In this document: in pieces, positions 1-13,922 of the stretch | Position numbering within the stretch: position 1 is the stretch's first letter | Layout of the letters: the number at the start of each line of letters is the position of its first letter | Assembly (NCBI GenBank): GCA_964016885.1 | Contig: OZ024740.1 | Span: forward strand, 8,928,001 to 8,992,000 | DNA length: 64,000 nucleotides | Direction: 5' to 3' | From: Eledone cirrhosa | Lineage: Eukaryota | The notes under the pieces: model-generated | The model's input: the letters and a program-made list of their open reading frames with translations, nothing else | What the model was told of the DNA's origin: nothing | The model's database searches: none | Position numbers and translations under genes: made by a program

Positions 1-189
1 AAAAACCTCCCAGCCCCACACTGTGAATGTGGTTGGTGTTAGGAAGGGCATCCAACTGTAGAAAACCCGCCAGACAGTCCTATGCGAGCAAGACAACCAC
101 TCTTGCCTCAAGTGGGAAAACCCCCGTCCAAACCCATGCAAGCGTGGAACACGGACGCTAAACCTGATGATGATGATGATGATGATGAT
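1..189 (+). mobile_element. 3' end of RTE-clade LINE family A (copy A0, cut by window edge) with (GAT)n tail
   Basis: Matches 5907-6095, including the private ctgtGaatg variant and the downstream flank. The tail TGATGAT... spans 165-189. Confidence 0.93.
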
Positions 190-3100
190 ATCAGTTTTGA
201 TTCATATGTCAGTTTCGATTAGTATATCAGTTTCTATTGGTATGTCAGGCTCTATTGATATATAAGTTTCGATTGGTATGTCAGTTTCGATTGGAATGTC
301 AGTTTCGATTGGGATGTCAGTTTCGATTGATATATCAGTTTCGAATGGTATGTCAGTTTCGATTGGTATGTCAGTTTAGATAGGTATATCAGTTTCGATT
401 AGTATGTCAGTTTCTATTGGTATATCGGTTTCCATTGGTATCTCAGTTTCTATTGGTATATCAGTTTCGATAGATATATCAGTTTCGATTAGTATGTCAG
501 TTTCTATTGGTATGTCAGATTCGATTAGTATAACAATTTCCATTGGAATGTCTGTTTCGATTGGTATGACAGTTTCCATTGGTATATCAGTTTCGATTGG
601 TATTTCAGTTTCTATGGGTATATCAGTTTCTATTTTTATGTCAGTTTAAATTGGTAAGTCAGTTTCTATTGGTATATCTATTTCGATTGATATATCAGTT
701 TTAATTAGTATGTCAGTTTCTATTGGTATGTCAGTTTCGATTAGTATATCAGTTTCGATTGTTATGTAAGTTTTATTGGTATTTCAGTTTCGATTGGTAT
801 ATCAGTTTCGATTGGTATATCAGTTTCTATTGTTATATCAGTTTCAATTGGTATGTTAGTTTCTATTGGTATGTCAGTTTCTATTAGTATATCAGCTTCT
901 ATTGGTATGTCAGTTTCGATTGGTAGGTTAGTCCTCGATTTGTATGTCACTTTCTAGTGGTATATCAGTTTCGATTGGTATGTCAGTTTCAATTAGTATA
1001 TCAGTTTCTATTGGTATGTCAGTTTCTATTGCTATATCAGTTTCTATTGGTGTATCAGTTTCGATTGGTATGTCAATTTCGATTGGTATGTCAGTTTCGA
1101 TTGGTATATCAGTTTCGAATGGTATTTCAATCTCGATTGGTATGTCAGTTTCGATTAGTATATCAGTTTCTATTGGTATATCAGTTTGTTTGGTATATCA
1201 GTTTCTATTGGTATGTCATTGGTATATCAGTTTCGATCAGTATGTCAGTCTCTATTGGTATATCAGCTTCGATTGGTATGTCAGTTTCGATTGGTATATC
1301 AGTTTCGATTGGTATCTCAGTTTCGATTGGTATGTTAGTTTCTATTGGTATGTCAGTTTCGATTAGTATAACAGTTTCTATTGGTATGTCAGTTTCTATT
1401 GCTATATCAGTTTCTATTTGTATATCAGTTTTGATTGGTATGTCAGTTTCGATTGGTATGTCAATTTCGATTGGTATATCAGTTTTGATTGGTATATAAG
1501 ATTCTATTGCTATATCAGTTTCTATTTGTATATCAGTTTCGATTGGTATGTCAGTTTCTATTGTTATGTCAGTTTCGTTTATTATATCAGTTACTATTTG
1601 TATGTCAGTTTCGATTGGTATGTCAGATTCAATTTTTATTTCAGTTTCGATTGGTATATCAGTTTCGATTGGTATATCAGTTTTCTATTGGTATGTTAGT
1701 TTCTATTGGTATGTCAGTTTCGATTAGTATATCAGTTTCTATTGGTATGTCAGTTTCGATTGGTATGTTAGTCCTCTATTTGTATGTCAGTTTCTATTGG
1801 TATATCAGTTTCGATTGGTATGTCAGTTTCGATTAGTATATCTGTTGCTAATGGTATGTCAGTTTCTATTGGTATATCAGTTTCGATTGGTATATCAGTT
1901 TCGATTGGTATGTCAGTTTCTATTGGTATGTCAATTTTGATTAGTATATGAGTTTCTATTGGTATGTCAGTTTCGATTGGTATATCAGTTTCGAATGGTA
2001 TGTCAGTTTCTATTGGTATATCAGTTTCTATTGCTATATCAGTTTCTATTGGTATATCAGTTTCGATTGGTATGTCAGTTTCTATTGGTATATCAGTTGC
2101 GATTGGTATGTCAGTTTCTATTGGTATGTGAGTTTCGATTATTATATCAGTTACTATTGGTATGTCAGTTTCGATTGGTATGTCAGTTATGATTGTTATG
2201 TCAGTGTCTATTGGTATATCAGTTTAGATTGGTATATCAGTTTCGATTGGTATGCCAGTTTCTATTGTTATATCAGTTTCTATTTGTATGACCATTTCGA
2301 TTGGTATGTCAGTTTCTATAGGTATATCAGTTTCAATTGGTTTGTTAGGTTCTATTGGTATGTCAGTTTAGATTAGTATATCAGTATCTATTGGTATGTT
2401 AGTTTTGATTGGTATGTTCGTCCTCGAGTTGTATTTCAGTTTCTATTGGTATATCAGTTTCGATTGGTATGTCAGTTTCTATTGGTATGTCAGTTTCTAT
2501 TAGTATATCAGTTTCTATTGATATGTCAGTCTCTATTGGTATATCAGTTTCGATTGGTATGTCAGTTTCGATTGGTATATCAGTTTCGATTGGTACGTCA
2601 GTTTGGATTGGTATATCAGTTTCTATTGGTATATCAGTTTCGATTGCTATGTCAGTTTCGATTGCTATGTCAGTCTCTATTGGTTTATCAGTTTCAATTG
2701 GTATATCAGTTTCTATTGGTCTGTTAGTTTCTATTGGTATATCAGTTTCGATTAGTATATCAGTTTCTATTGGTGTATCAGTTTCAATTGGTATGTCAGT
2801 TTCGATTAGTATATCAGTTACGATTTGTATGTCAGTTTCTATTGGTATATCAGTTTCGATTGTTATATCAGTTTCGATTGGTATATCAGTTTCAATTGGT
2901 ATGTCATTTTTGATTGGTATATCAGTTTCTATTGGTATATCAGTTTCGATTGGTATGTCAATTTCGATTGGTATGTCAGTTTCTATTGGTACGTCAGTTT
3001 CGATTAGTATATCAGTTTCTATTGGTATGTCAGTTTCTATTGGTATGTCATTTTCGATTAGTATATCAGTTTCGATTGCTATGTCAGTTTCGATTGGTAT

Positions 3101-4252
3101 GTTAGTTTCTATTGCTACGTCAGTTTCGATTAGTATATCAGTTTCTATTGGTATGTCTGTTTCGATTGGTATGTTAGTCTTCGATTGGTATGTCAGTTTC
3201 AATTAGTAAATCAGTTTCTATTGGTATGTCAGTTTCTATTGGTATATCAGTTTTGATTGGCATATCAGTATCGATTGGTATGTCAGTTTCGATTGGTATG
3301 TCAGTTTTCGATTCGTATATTAGTTTCGATTTGTATATCAGTTTCGATTGGTATATCAGTTTTTATTGCTATATCAGTTCCTATAGATATGTCAGTTTCT
3401 ATTGGTATATCAGTTTCGATTGGTATGTCAGTTTCTATTGGTATATCAGTTTCTATTGGTATGTCAGTTGCTATTGTTATATCAGTTTCGATTGGTATAT
3501 CAGTTTCGATTGGTATCTCAATTTCGATTGTTATGTCAGTTTCGATTGGTATATCAGATTCGACTGGTATATCACTTTCTATTGATATATCAGTTTCTAT
3601 TGGTATGTCAGTTTCAATTGGTATGTCAGTTTCGATTGGTATATCAGTTTAGAGTGGTATTTCAATCTCGATTGGTATGTCAGTTTCTATTGGTATATCA
3701 GTTTCGATTGGAATATCAGTTTCGATTTGTATGTCAGTTTCTATTGGTATGTCAGTTTCGATTGGTATATCAGTTTCGATTGGTATATCAGTTTCTATTG
3801 CTATATCAGTTTCTAATGGTATATCAGTTTCGATTGGTATGTCAGTTTCGATTGGTATATCAGTTTCGATTGGTATGTCAATTTCGATTGGTATGTCAGT
3901 TTCGATTGGTATGTAAGTTGCGATTAGTATATCAGTTTCCATTGGAATGTCAGCTTCGATTGGTATGTCAGTTTCTATTGGTTTATCAGATTCGATTAGT
4001 ATGTCAATTTCTTTTGGTATGTCAGTTGCCATTGGTATATCAGTTTTGATTCATATGTCAGTTTCTATTGGTATGTCAGATTCGATTATTATATCAGTTT
4101 CCATTGGAATGTCAGTTTCGATTGGTATGTCAGTTTCTATTGGTTTATCAGATTCGATTAGTATGTCAATTTCTATCGGTATATCAGTTTCTATTGGTAT
4201 ATCAGTTTCGATTGGTATGTCAGTTTCGATTGGTATGTCAATTTCAATTGGT
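190..4252 (+). repeat. 18-bp tandem satellite, block 1 (GGTATRTCAGTTTCKATT)
   Basis: Continuous head-to-tail 18-mers with point variants and occasional 11- or 19-bp monomers. Confidence 0.98.
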
Positions 4253-4253
4253 G

Positions 4254-5586
4254 CAGTTCGGGTTTGTGTCAGGCAAAAGTACCACAGACGCTCTTTTCAT
4301 TGTACGACAACTACAGGAGAAGTACCTAGCTAAAAGTAAACCCCTATACTTAGCTTTCGTCGACTTGGAGAAAGCCTTCGACAGAGTCCCCCGTTCCATT
4401 ATCTGGTGGTCTCTTAGAAAACTAGGTGTTGACGAATGGCTTGTGAGAGCTATACAAGCCATGTATAAAGAAACAGTCAGTAAGGTTAGAATTAACAACG
4501 AATATAGTGAAGAGTTTAGCGTAAAAGTTGGTGTCCATCAGGGCTCTGTTCTTAGCCCCCTACTATTTATTATTGCCCTTCAGGCTATAACAGAGGAGTT
4601 CAAGACCGGCTGCCCATGGGAACTCCTATACGCAGATGATCTAACGCTCATAGCTGAATCAATGACCGAACTAGAAAAGAAATTCCAAACATGGAAGCAC
4701 GGCCTAGAATCAAAAGGCCTTAAAATTAACCTGGCTAAGACTAAAGTTCTAGTTTGTAGGAAAGAAAATAAGGCGGCGGTCCCATCTGGGAAATGGCCAT
4801 GCTCAGTGTGTAGGAAAGGCGTAGCTAGAAACTTCATTTTATGTCCCAAATGCAAAGTATGGGTGCATAAAAGATATAGTGGGATCACAGGTAAGCTAAC
4901 TAAGAATATAGATTTTACATGTGGCCGGTGCTCTCTGTGCAATAAGTAGCAGCAAGTGCCCACGAAATACTAGCTCCTTCAACTGCGCAGAGGGTTCTAT
5001 AGAAATAGTGGACAGCTTCCGTTATCTGGGTGACAAAATCAGCAGTGGGGGAGGGTGCTCTGAAAGTACAGTAGCTAGAGTCAGAACTGGATGGAAAAAG
5101 TTCAGAGAGCTTATACCACTATTAGCCGCTAGAGGGTTCTCCCTAAAAATGAAAGGCAGGTTATACGATGCCTGCATACGAACAGCAATGCTGCATGGCA
5201 GTGACACCTGGGCATTGTGTGCAGAGGATATACGCAGACTAGAGAGGAACGAAGCTTGCATGCTCCGCTGGATGTGCAATAGTAATATACGTGAACGGCA
5301 AAGCATAAACGAACTAAGGAAAAAATTAGAAATAAGAGGGATCAGATGTTGTTTACTCGAGAGAAGGCTACGTTGGTACGGTCACGTGATGCGCATGAAA
5401 GACGACAGCTGTATAACAAAGTGCAGGGCAATAAAGATAGACGGTAGCCACGGAGTAGACAGACCCAGAAAAACATGGGACGAGCTGATAAATTCCGACC
5501 TCACACGCTTACACCTCTCCAAGACAATGTCACTGGACCGAGACCTTTGGCGGTACTCAGTAATAGAGAAGACCCGCCTTACCTAA
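4254..5586 (+). pseudogene. Truncated, frameshifted RTE reverse transcriptase with PHD-like finger
   Basis: Motifs QFGF, FVDLEKAFD, GVHQGSVLSP and YADD are in one frame (ORF 4068-4949). FRYLG, RLRWYGHVMR and RPRKTW are in another (ORF 4921-5586). The frameshift is near 4932-4945, and there is no endonuclease domain. Confidence 0.93.
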
Positions 5587-5754
5587 ATACAAAGTAAAAA
5601 CCTACTACAGTCAGTAGGCATCTCTATCAAAACACACCCCCGTCCCACCACCTCCACCCCACCCACACCACCCCTTTCAATGTAAAGTTATGTTGGTCCC
5701 ACAACATCCAGGCCAAAACAAATGAGATCGTGTAGGTGTCACGACAAAAAACAC

Positions 5755-5979
5755 ACAGTCCACGCTGTAAATGTGGCCGTGTAGGCAACACGGTAAAAAC
5801 CTCCCAGCCCCACACTGTAAATGTGGTTGGTGTTAGGAAGGGCATCCAGCTGTAGAAAACCCGCCAGACAGTCCACGCTGTAATGTGGCCGTGTAGGCAA
5901 CACGGTAAAAACCTCCCAGCCCCACACTGTGAATGTGGTTGGTGTTAGGAAGGGCATCCAACTGTAGAAAACCCGCCAG
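5755..5979 (+). repeat. Two tandem ~113-bp units in the family A 3'UTR
   Basis: ACAGTCC recurs at 5755, 5868 and 5980 and the units are near-identical. The same duplication is at 14177-14401 and 39865-40089. Confidence 0.92.
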
Positions 5980-6095
5980 ACAGTCCTATGCGAGCAAGAC
6001 AACCACTCTTGCCTCAAGTGGGAAAACCCCCGTCCAAACCCATGCAAGCGTGGAACACGGACGCTAAACCTGATGATGATGATGATGATGATGAT

Positions 6096-9000
6096 ATCAG
6101 TTTTGATTCATATGTCAGTTTCGATTAGTATATCAGTTTCTATTGGTATGTCAGGCTCTATTGATATATAAGTTTCGATTGGTATGTCAGTTTCGATTGG
6201 AATGTCAGTTTCGATTGGGATGTCAGTTTCGATTGATATATCAGTTTCGAATGGTATGTCAGTTTCGATTGGTATGTCAGTTTAGATAGGTATATCAGTT
6301 TCGATTAGTATGTCAGTTTCTATTGGTATATCGGTTTCCATTGGTATCTCAGTTTCTATTGGTATATCAGTTTCGATAGATATATCAGTTTCGATTAGTA
6401 TGTCAGTTTCTATTGGTATGTCAGATTCGATTAGTATAACAATTTCCATTGGAATGTCTGTTTCGATTGGTATGACAGTTTCCATTGGTATATCAGTTTC
6501 GATTGGTATTTCAGTTTCTATGGGTATATCAGTTTCTATTTTTATGTCAGTTTAAATTGGTAAGTCAGTTTCTATTGGTATATCTATTTCGATTGATATA
6601 TCAGTTTTAATTAGTATGTCAGTTTCTATTGGTATGTCAGTTTCGATTAGTATATCAGTTTCGATTGTTATGTAAGTTTTATTGGTATTTCAGTTTCGAT
6701 TGGTATATCAGTTTCGATTGGTATATCAGTTTCTATTGTTATATCAGTTTCAATTGGTATGTTAGTTTCTATTGGTATGTCAGTTTCTATTAGTATATCA
6801 GCTTCTATTGGTATGTCAGTTTCGATTGGTAGGTTAGTCCTCGATTTGTATGTCACTTTCTAGTGGTATATCAGTTTCGATTGGTATGTCAGTTTCAATT
6901 AGTATATCAGTTTCTATTGGTATGTCAGTTTCTATTGCTATATCAGTTTCTATTGGTGTATCAGTTTCGATTGGTATGTCAATTTCGATTGGTATGTCAG
7001 TTTCGATTGGTATATCAGTTTCGAATGGTATTTCAATCTCGATTGGTATGTCAGTTTCGATTAGTATATCAGTTTCTATTGGTATATCAGTTTGTTTGGT
7101 ATATCAGTTTCTATTGGTATGTCATTGGTATATCAGTTTCGATCAGTATGTCAGTCTCTATTGGTATATCAGCTTCGATTGGTATGTCAGTTTCGATTGG
7201 TATATCAGTTTCGATTGGTATCTCAGTTTCGATTGGTATGTTAGTTTCTATTGGTATGTCAGTTTCGATTAGTATAACAGTTTCTATTGGTATGTCAGTT
7301 TCTATTGCTATATCAGTTTCTATTTGTATATCAGTTTTGATTGGTATGTCAGTTTCGATTGGTATGTCAATTTCGATTGGTATATCAGTTTTGATTGGTA
7401 TATAAGATTCTATTGCTATATCAGTTTCTATTTGTATATCAGTTTCGATTGGTATGTCAGTTTCTATTGTTATGTCAGTTTCGTTTATTATATCAGTTAC
7501 TATTTGTATGTCAGTTTCGATTGGTATGTCAGATTCAATTTTTATTTCAGTTTCGATTGGTATATCAGTTTCGATTGGTATATCAGTTTTCTATTGGTAT
7601 GTTAGTTTCTATTGGTATGTCAGTTTCGATTAGTATATCAGTTTCTATTGGTATGTCAGTTTCGATTGGTATGTTAGTCCTCTATTTGTATGTCAGTTTC
7701 TATTGGTATATCAGTTTCGATTGGTATGTCAGTTTCGATTAGTATATCTGTTGCTAATGGTATGTCAGTTTCTATTGGTATATCAGTTTCGATTGGTATA
7801 TCAGTTTCGATTGGTATGTCAGTTTCTATTGGTATGTCAATTTTGATTAGTATATGAGTTTCTATTGGTATGTCAGTTTCGATTGGTATATCAGTTTCGA
7901 ATGGTATGTCAGTTTCTATTGGTATATCAGTTTCTATTGCTATATCAGTTTCTATTGGTATATCAGTTTCGATTGGTATGTCAGTTTCTATTGGTATATC
8001 AGTTGCGATTGGTATGTCAGTTTCTATTGGTATGTGAGTTTCGATTATTATATCAGTTACTATTGGTATGTCAGTTTCGATTGGTATGTCAGTTATGATT
8101 GTTATGTCAGTGTCTATTGGTATATCAGTTTAGATTGGTATATCAGTTTCGATTGGTATGCCAGTTTCTATTGTTATATCAGTTTCTATTTGTATGACCA
8201 TTTCGATTGGTATGTCAGTTTCTATAGGTATATCAGTTTCAATTGGTTTGTTAGGTTCTATTGGTATGTCAGTTTAGATTAGTATATCAGTATCTATTGG
8301 TATGTTAGTTTTGATTGGTATGTTCGTCCTCGAGTTGTATTTCAGTTTCTATTGGTATATCAGTTTCGATTGGTATGTCAGTTTCTATTGGTATGTCAGT
8401 TTCTATTAGTATATCAGTTTCTATTGATATGTCAGTCTCTATTGGTATATCAGTTTCGATTGGTATGTCAGTTTCGATTGGTATATCAGTTTCGATTGGT
8501 ACGTCAGTTTGGATTGGTATATCAGTTTCTATTGGTATATCAGTTTCGATTGCTATGTCAGTTTCGATTGCTATGTCAGTCTCTATTGGTTTATCAGTTT
8601 CAATTGGTATATCAGTTTCTATTGGTCTGTTAGTTTCTATTGGTATATCAGTTTCGATTAGTATATCAGTTTCTATTGGTGTATCAGTTTCAATTGGTAT
8701 GTCAGTTTCGATTAGTATATCAGTTACGATTTGTATGTCAGTTTCTATTGGTATATCAGTTTCGATTGTTATATCAGTTTCGATTGGTATATCAGTTTCA
8801 ATTGGTATGTCATTTTTGATTGGTATATCAGTTTCTATTGGTATATCAGTTTCGATTGGTATGTCAATTTCGATTGGTATGTCAGTTTCTATTGGTACGT
8901 CAGTTTCGATTAGTATATCAGTTTCTATTGGTATGTCAGTTTCTATTGGTATGTCATTTTCGATTAGTATATCAGTTTCGATTGCTATGTCAGTTTCGAT

Positions 9001-12000
9001 TGGTATGTTAGTTTCTATTGCTACGTCAGTTTCGATTAGTATATCAGTTTCTATTGGTATGTCTGTTTCGATTGGTATGTTAGTCTTCGATTGGTATGTC
9101 AGTTTCAATTAGTAAATCAGTTTCTATTGGTATGTCAGTTTCTATTGGTATATCAGTTTTGATTGGCATATCAGTATCGATTGGTATGTCAGTTTCGATT
9201 GGTATGTCAGTTTTCGATTCGTATATTAGTTTCGATTTGTATATCAGTTTCGATTGGTATATCAGTTTTTATTGCTATATCAGTTCCTATAGATATGTCA
9301 GTTTCTATTGGTATATCAGTTTCGATTGGTATGTCAGTTTCTATTGGTATATCAGTTTCTATTGGTATGTCAGTTGCTATTGTTATATCAGTTTCGATTG
9401 GTATATCAGTTTCGATTGGTATCTCAATTTCGATTGTTATGTCAGTTTCGATTGGTATATCAGATTCGACTGGTATATCACTTTCTATTGATATATCAGT
9501 TTCTATTGGTATGTCAGTTTCAATTGGTATGTCAGTTTCGATTGGTATATCAGTTTAGAGTGGTATTTCAATCTCGATTGGTATGTCAGTTTCTATTGGT
9601 ATATCAGTTTCGATTGGAATATCAGTTTCGATTTGTATGTCAGTTTCTATTGGTATGTCAGTTTCGATTGGTATATCAGTTTCGATTGGTATATCAGTTT
9701 CTATTGCTATATCAGTTTCTAATGGTATATCAGTTTCGATTGGTATGTCAGTTTCGATTGGTATATCAGTTTCGATTGGTACGTCAGTTTCGATTGGTAT
9801 ATCAGTTTCTATTGGTATATCAGTTTCGATTGCTATGTCAGTTTCAATTGCTATGTCAGTCTCTATTGGTTTATCAGTTTCAATTGGTATATCAGTTTCT
9901 ATTGGTCTGTTAGTTTCTATTGGGATGTCAGTTTCGATTAGTATATCAGTTTCTATTGGTATATCAGTTTCGATTGGTATGTCAGTTTCGATTAGTATAT
10001 CAGTTACTATTTGTATGTCAGTTTCTATTGGTATATCAGTTTCGATTGGTATATCAGTTTCGATTGGTATATCAGTTTCAATTGGTATGTTATTTTTGAT
10101 TGGTATATCAGTTTCTATTGGTATATCAGTTTCGATTGGTATGTCAATTTCGATTGGTATGTCAGTTTCTATTGGTACGTCAGTTTCGAATAGTATATCA
10201 GTTTCGAATAGTATATCAGTTTCTATTTGTATGTCAGTTTCTATTGGTATATCAGTTTTGATTGGCATATCAGTATCGATTGGTATGTCAGTTTCGATTG
10301 GTATGTCAGTTTTCGATTCGTGTATCAGTTTCGATTTGTATATCAGTTTCGATTGGTATATCAGTTTTTATTGCTATATCAGTTCCTAAAGATATGTCAG
10401 TTTCTATTGGTATATCAGTTTCGATTGGTATGTCAGTTTCTATTGGTATATCAGTTTTGTTGGTATGTCAGTTTTGATTAATATATCTGTTGCTATTGGT
10501 ACGTCAGTTGCTATTGTTATATCAGATTCGATTGGTATATCAGTTTCGATTGGTATTTCAATCTCGATTGGTATGTCATTTTCGATTGGCATGTTAGTCC
10601 TTGATTTGTATGTTAGTTTCTATTGGTATATCAGTTTCTATTGGTATGTCAGTTTCTATTGGTATATCAGTTTCGATTGGCATATCAGTTTCAATTGGTA
10701 TGTCAGTTTCAATTAGTATATCAGTTTCAATTGGTATGTCAGTTTCAATTGGTATATCAGTTTCGAATGGTATTTCAATCTCGATTGGTATGTCAGTTTC
10801 GATTGGTATATCAGTTACAATTGGGAATATCAGTTTCAATTGGTATGTTAGTTTCTATTGGTATGTCAGTTTCTATTAGTATATCAGCTGCTATTGGTAT
10901 GTCAGTTTCGATTGGTATGTTAGTCCTCGATTTGTATGTCACTTTCTATTGGTATATCAGTTTCGATTGGTATGTCAGTTTCAATTAGTATATCAGTTTC
11001 TATTGGTATGTCAGTTTCTATTGGTATATCAGTTTCGCTTGGTATGTCAGTTTCTATTGGTATGTGAGTTTCGATTATTATATCAGTTACTATTGGTATG
11101 TCAGTTTCGATTGGTATGTCAGTTTCGATTGGTATATCAGTTTCTATTGGTATGTCAATTTCGATTGGTATGTCAGTTTCGATTGGTATATCAGTTTCGA
11201 ATGGTATTTCAATCTCGATTGGAATGTCAGTTTCGATTGGTATATCAGTTTCGATTAGTATGTCAGTTTCTATTGGTATATCAGTTTCGTTTGGTATATC
11301 AGTTTCTATTGGTATGTCATTGGTCTATCAGTTTCGATTGGTATGTCATTTTCGATTGCTATGTCAGTTTCGATTGGTATGTCAGTTTCGATTGGTATAT
11401 CTGTTTCGAATGGTATTTCAATCTCGATTGGTATGTCAGTTTCGATTGGTATATCAGCTTCGATTGGTATATCAGTTTCGATTGGTATGTCATTTTCTAT
11501 TGGTATGTCAGTTTCTATTAGTATATCAGTTTCTATTGGTATGTCAGTCTCTATAGGTATATCAGTTTCGATTGGTATGTCAGTTTCGATTGGTATGTCA
11601 GTTTCGATTGGTACATCAGTTTCTATTGGTGTGTCAGTCTCTATTGGTATGTCAGTTTCGATTGGTATGTCAGTTTCGATTGCTATGTCAGTTTCGATTG
11701 CTATGTCAGTTTCGATTGGTATATCAGTTTCGAATGGTATATCAGTTTCGATTGGTATGTCAGTTTCGATTGGTATATCAGTTTCGATTGGTATATCCGT
11801 TTCGATTGGTATGTTAGTTTCTATTGGTATGTCAGTTTCGATTAGTATATCAGTTTCTATTGGTATGTCAGTTTCTATTGCTATATCAGTTTCTATTTGT
11901 ATATCAGTTTCGATTGGTATTTCAATTTCGATTGGTATATCAGTTTCGATTGGTATATCAGTTTCTATTGCTATATCAGTTTCTATTTGTATATCAGTTT

Positions 12001-13922
12001 CGATTGGTATGTCAGTTTCAATTGGTATATCAGTTGCGATTGGTATGTCAGTTTTGATTAATATATCTGTTGCTATTGGTATGTCAGTTTCTATTGGTAT
12101 ATCAGTTTCGATTGGTATATCAGTTTCAATTCGTATGTCAATTTCGATTGGTATGTCAGTTTCGATTGGTATATCAGATTCGACTGGTATATCACTTTAT
12201 ATTGCTATATCAGTTTCTATTGGTATGTCAGTTTCAATTGGTATGTCAGTATATATTGGTATATCAGTTTCAATTGGTATGTCAGTTTCTATTGTTATGT
12301 CAGTTTCTATTAGTATATCAGTTTCTATTGGTATGTCAGTCTCTATTGGTATATCAGTTTCGGTTGGTATGTCAGTTTCGATTGGTATATCAGTTTCTAC
12401 TGGTATATCAGTTTCAATTGATATGTCAGTTTCGATTGGTATGTCAGTTTCTATTGGTATGTCAGTTTCGATTAGTATATCAGTTTCTATTGGTATATCA
12501 GTTTCGATTGGTATGTCAGTTTCGATTAGTATATCAGTTACTATTTGTATGTCAGTTTCTATTGGTTTATCAGTTTCGATTGGTATATCAGTTTCGATTG
12601 GTATATCAGTTTCAATTGGTATGTCAGTTTCGATTGTTATATCAGTTTTGATTGGTATGTCAGTACCTATTGGTATGTCATTTTCGATTAGTATATCAGT
12701 TTCTATTGGTATGTCAGTTTCGATTGCTATGTCAGTTTCTATTGCTATGTCAGTTTCGATTGGTATGTTAGTTTCTATTGCTATGTCAGTTTCGATTAGT
12801 ATATCAGTTTCTATTGGTATCTCTGTTCCGATCGGTATGTTAGTCTTCGATTGGTATGTCAGTTTCAATTAGTATATCAGTTTCTATTGGTATGTCAGTT
12901 TCGATTGGTATGTCAGTTTCGATTGGTATATCAGTTTTTATTGCTATATCAGTTCCTATAGGTATGTCAATTTCGATTGGTATGTCAATTTCGATTGTTA
13001 TGTAAGTTTCGATTGGTATATCAGCTTCTATTGGTATGTCAGTTTAGATTGGTATGTTAGTCCTTGATTCGTATATCACTTTCTATTGGTATATCAGCTT
13101 CGATTGGTATGTCAGTTTCAATTAGTATATCAGTTTCTATTGGTATGTCAGTTTCGATTGGTATATCAATTTCGATTGGCATATCAGTTTTGATTGGTAT
13201 GTCAGTTTCTATTGGTATGTCAGTTTCGATTGGTATATCAGTTTCGATTCGTATATCATTTTCTATTGCTATATCAGTTTTTATTGGTATGTGAGTTTCG
13301 ATTATTATATCAGTTACTATTGGTATGTCAGTTTCGATTGGTATGTCAGTCTCGATTGTTATGTCAGTTTCGATTGGTATATCAGTTACAATTGGTATAT
13401 CAGTTTCAATTGGTATGTTAGTTTCTATTGGTATGTCAGTTTCTATTAGTATATCAGCTGCTATTGGTATGTCAGTTTCGATTGGTATGTTAGTCCTTGA
13501 TTTGTATGTCACTTTCTATTGGTATATCAGTTTCGATTGGTATGTCAGTTTCAATTAGTATATCAGTTTCTATTGGTATGTCAGTTTCTATTGGTATATC
13601 AGTTTCGATTGGTATATCAGTTTCGATTGCTATATCAGTTTCTATTGCTATATCAGTTTCTATTGGTATATCAGTTTCGATTGGTATGTCAGTTTCTATT
13701 GGTATGTGAGTTTCGATTATTATATCAGTTACTATTGGTATGTCAGTTTCGATTGGTATGTCAGTTTCGATTGTTATGTCAGTGTCTATTGGTATATCAG
13801 TTTCAAATGTTATTTAAATCTCGATTGGTATGTCAGTTTCGATTGGTATATCAGTTTCGATTAGTATGTCAGTTTCTATTGATATATCAGTTTCGTTTGG
13901 TATATCAGTTTCTATTGGTATG
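6096..13922 (+). repeat. 18-bp tandem satellite, block 2
   Basis: Same monomer and orientation as block 1. Confidence 0.98.

Larger units (their letters stand above)
4253..6095 (+). mobile_element. 5'-truncated RTE-clade LINE family A (copy A1, ~1.84 kb)
   Basis: Starts abruptly at the RT motif QFGF and continues through the RT, C-terminal domain, 3'UTR and (GAT)n tail (6071-6095). Satellite lies on both sides. Confidence 0.95.
1..9781 (+). repeat. 5906-bp period segmental tandem duplication (LINE A + satellite)
   Basis: Identical ORF translations offset by exactly 5906 (376/6282, 957/6863, 2409/8315, 3257/9163). Identity ends at ~3875/9781. Confidence 0.93.

Noticed and set aside
6060-6095. 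Hammerhead ribozyme core (CTGATGA) at the family A tail
   Set aside because: It is simply the start of the (GAT)n tail. It has no flanking stems or properly placed GAAA, and family B reads GTGATGA.
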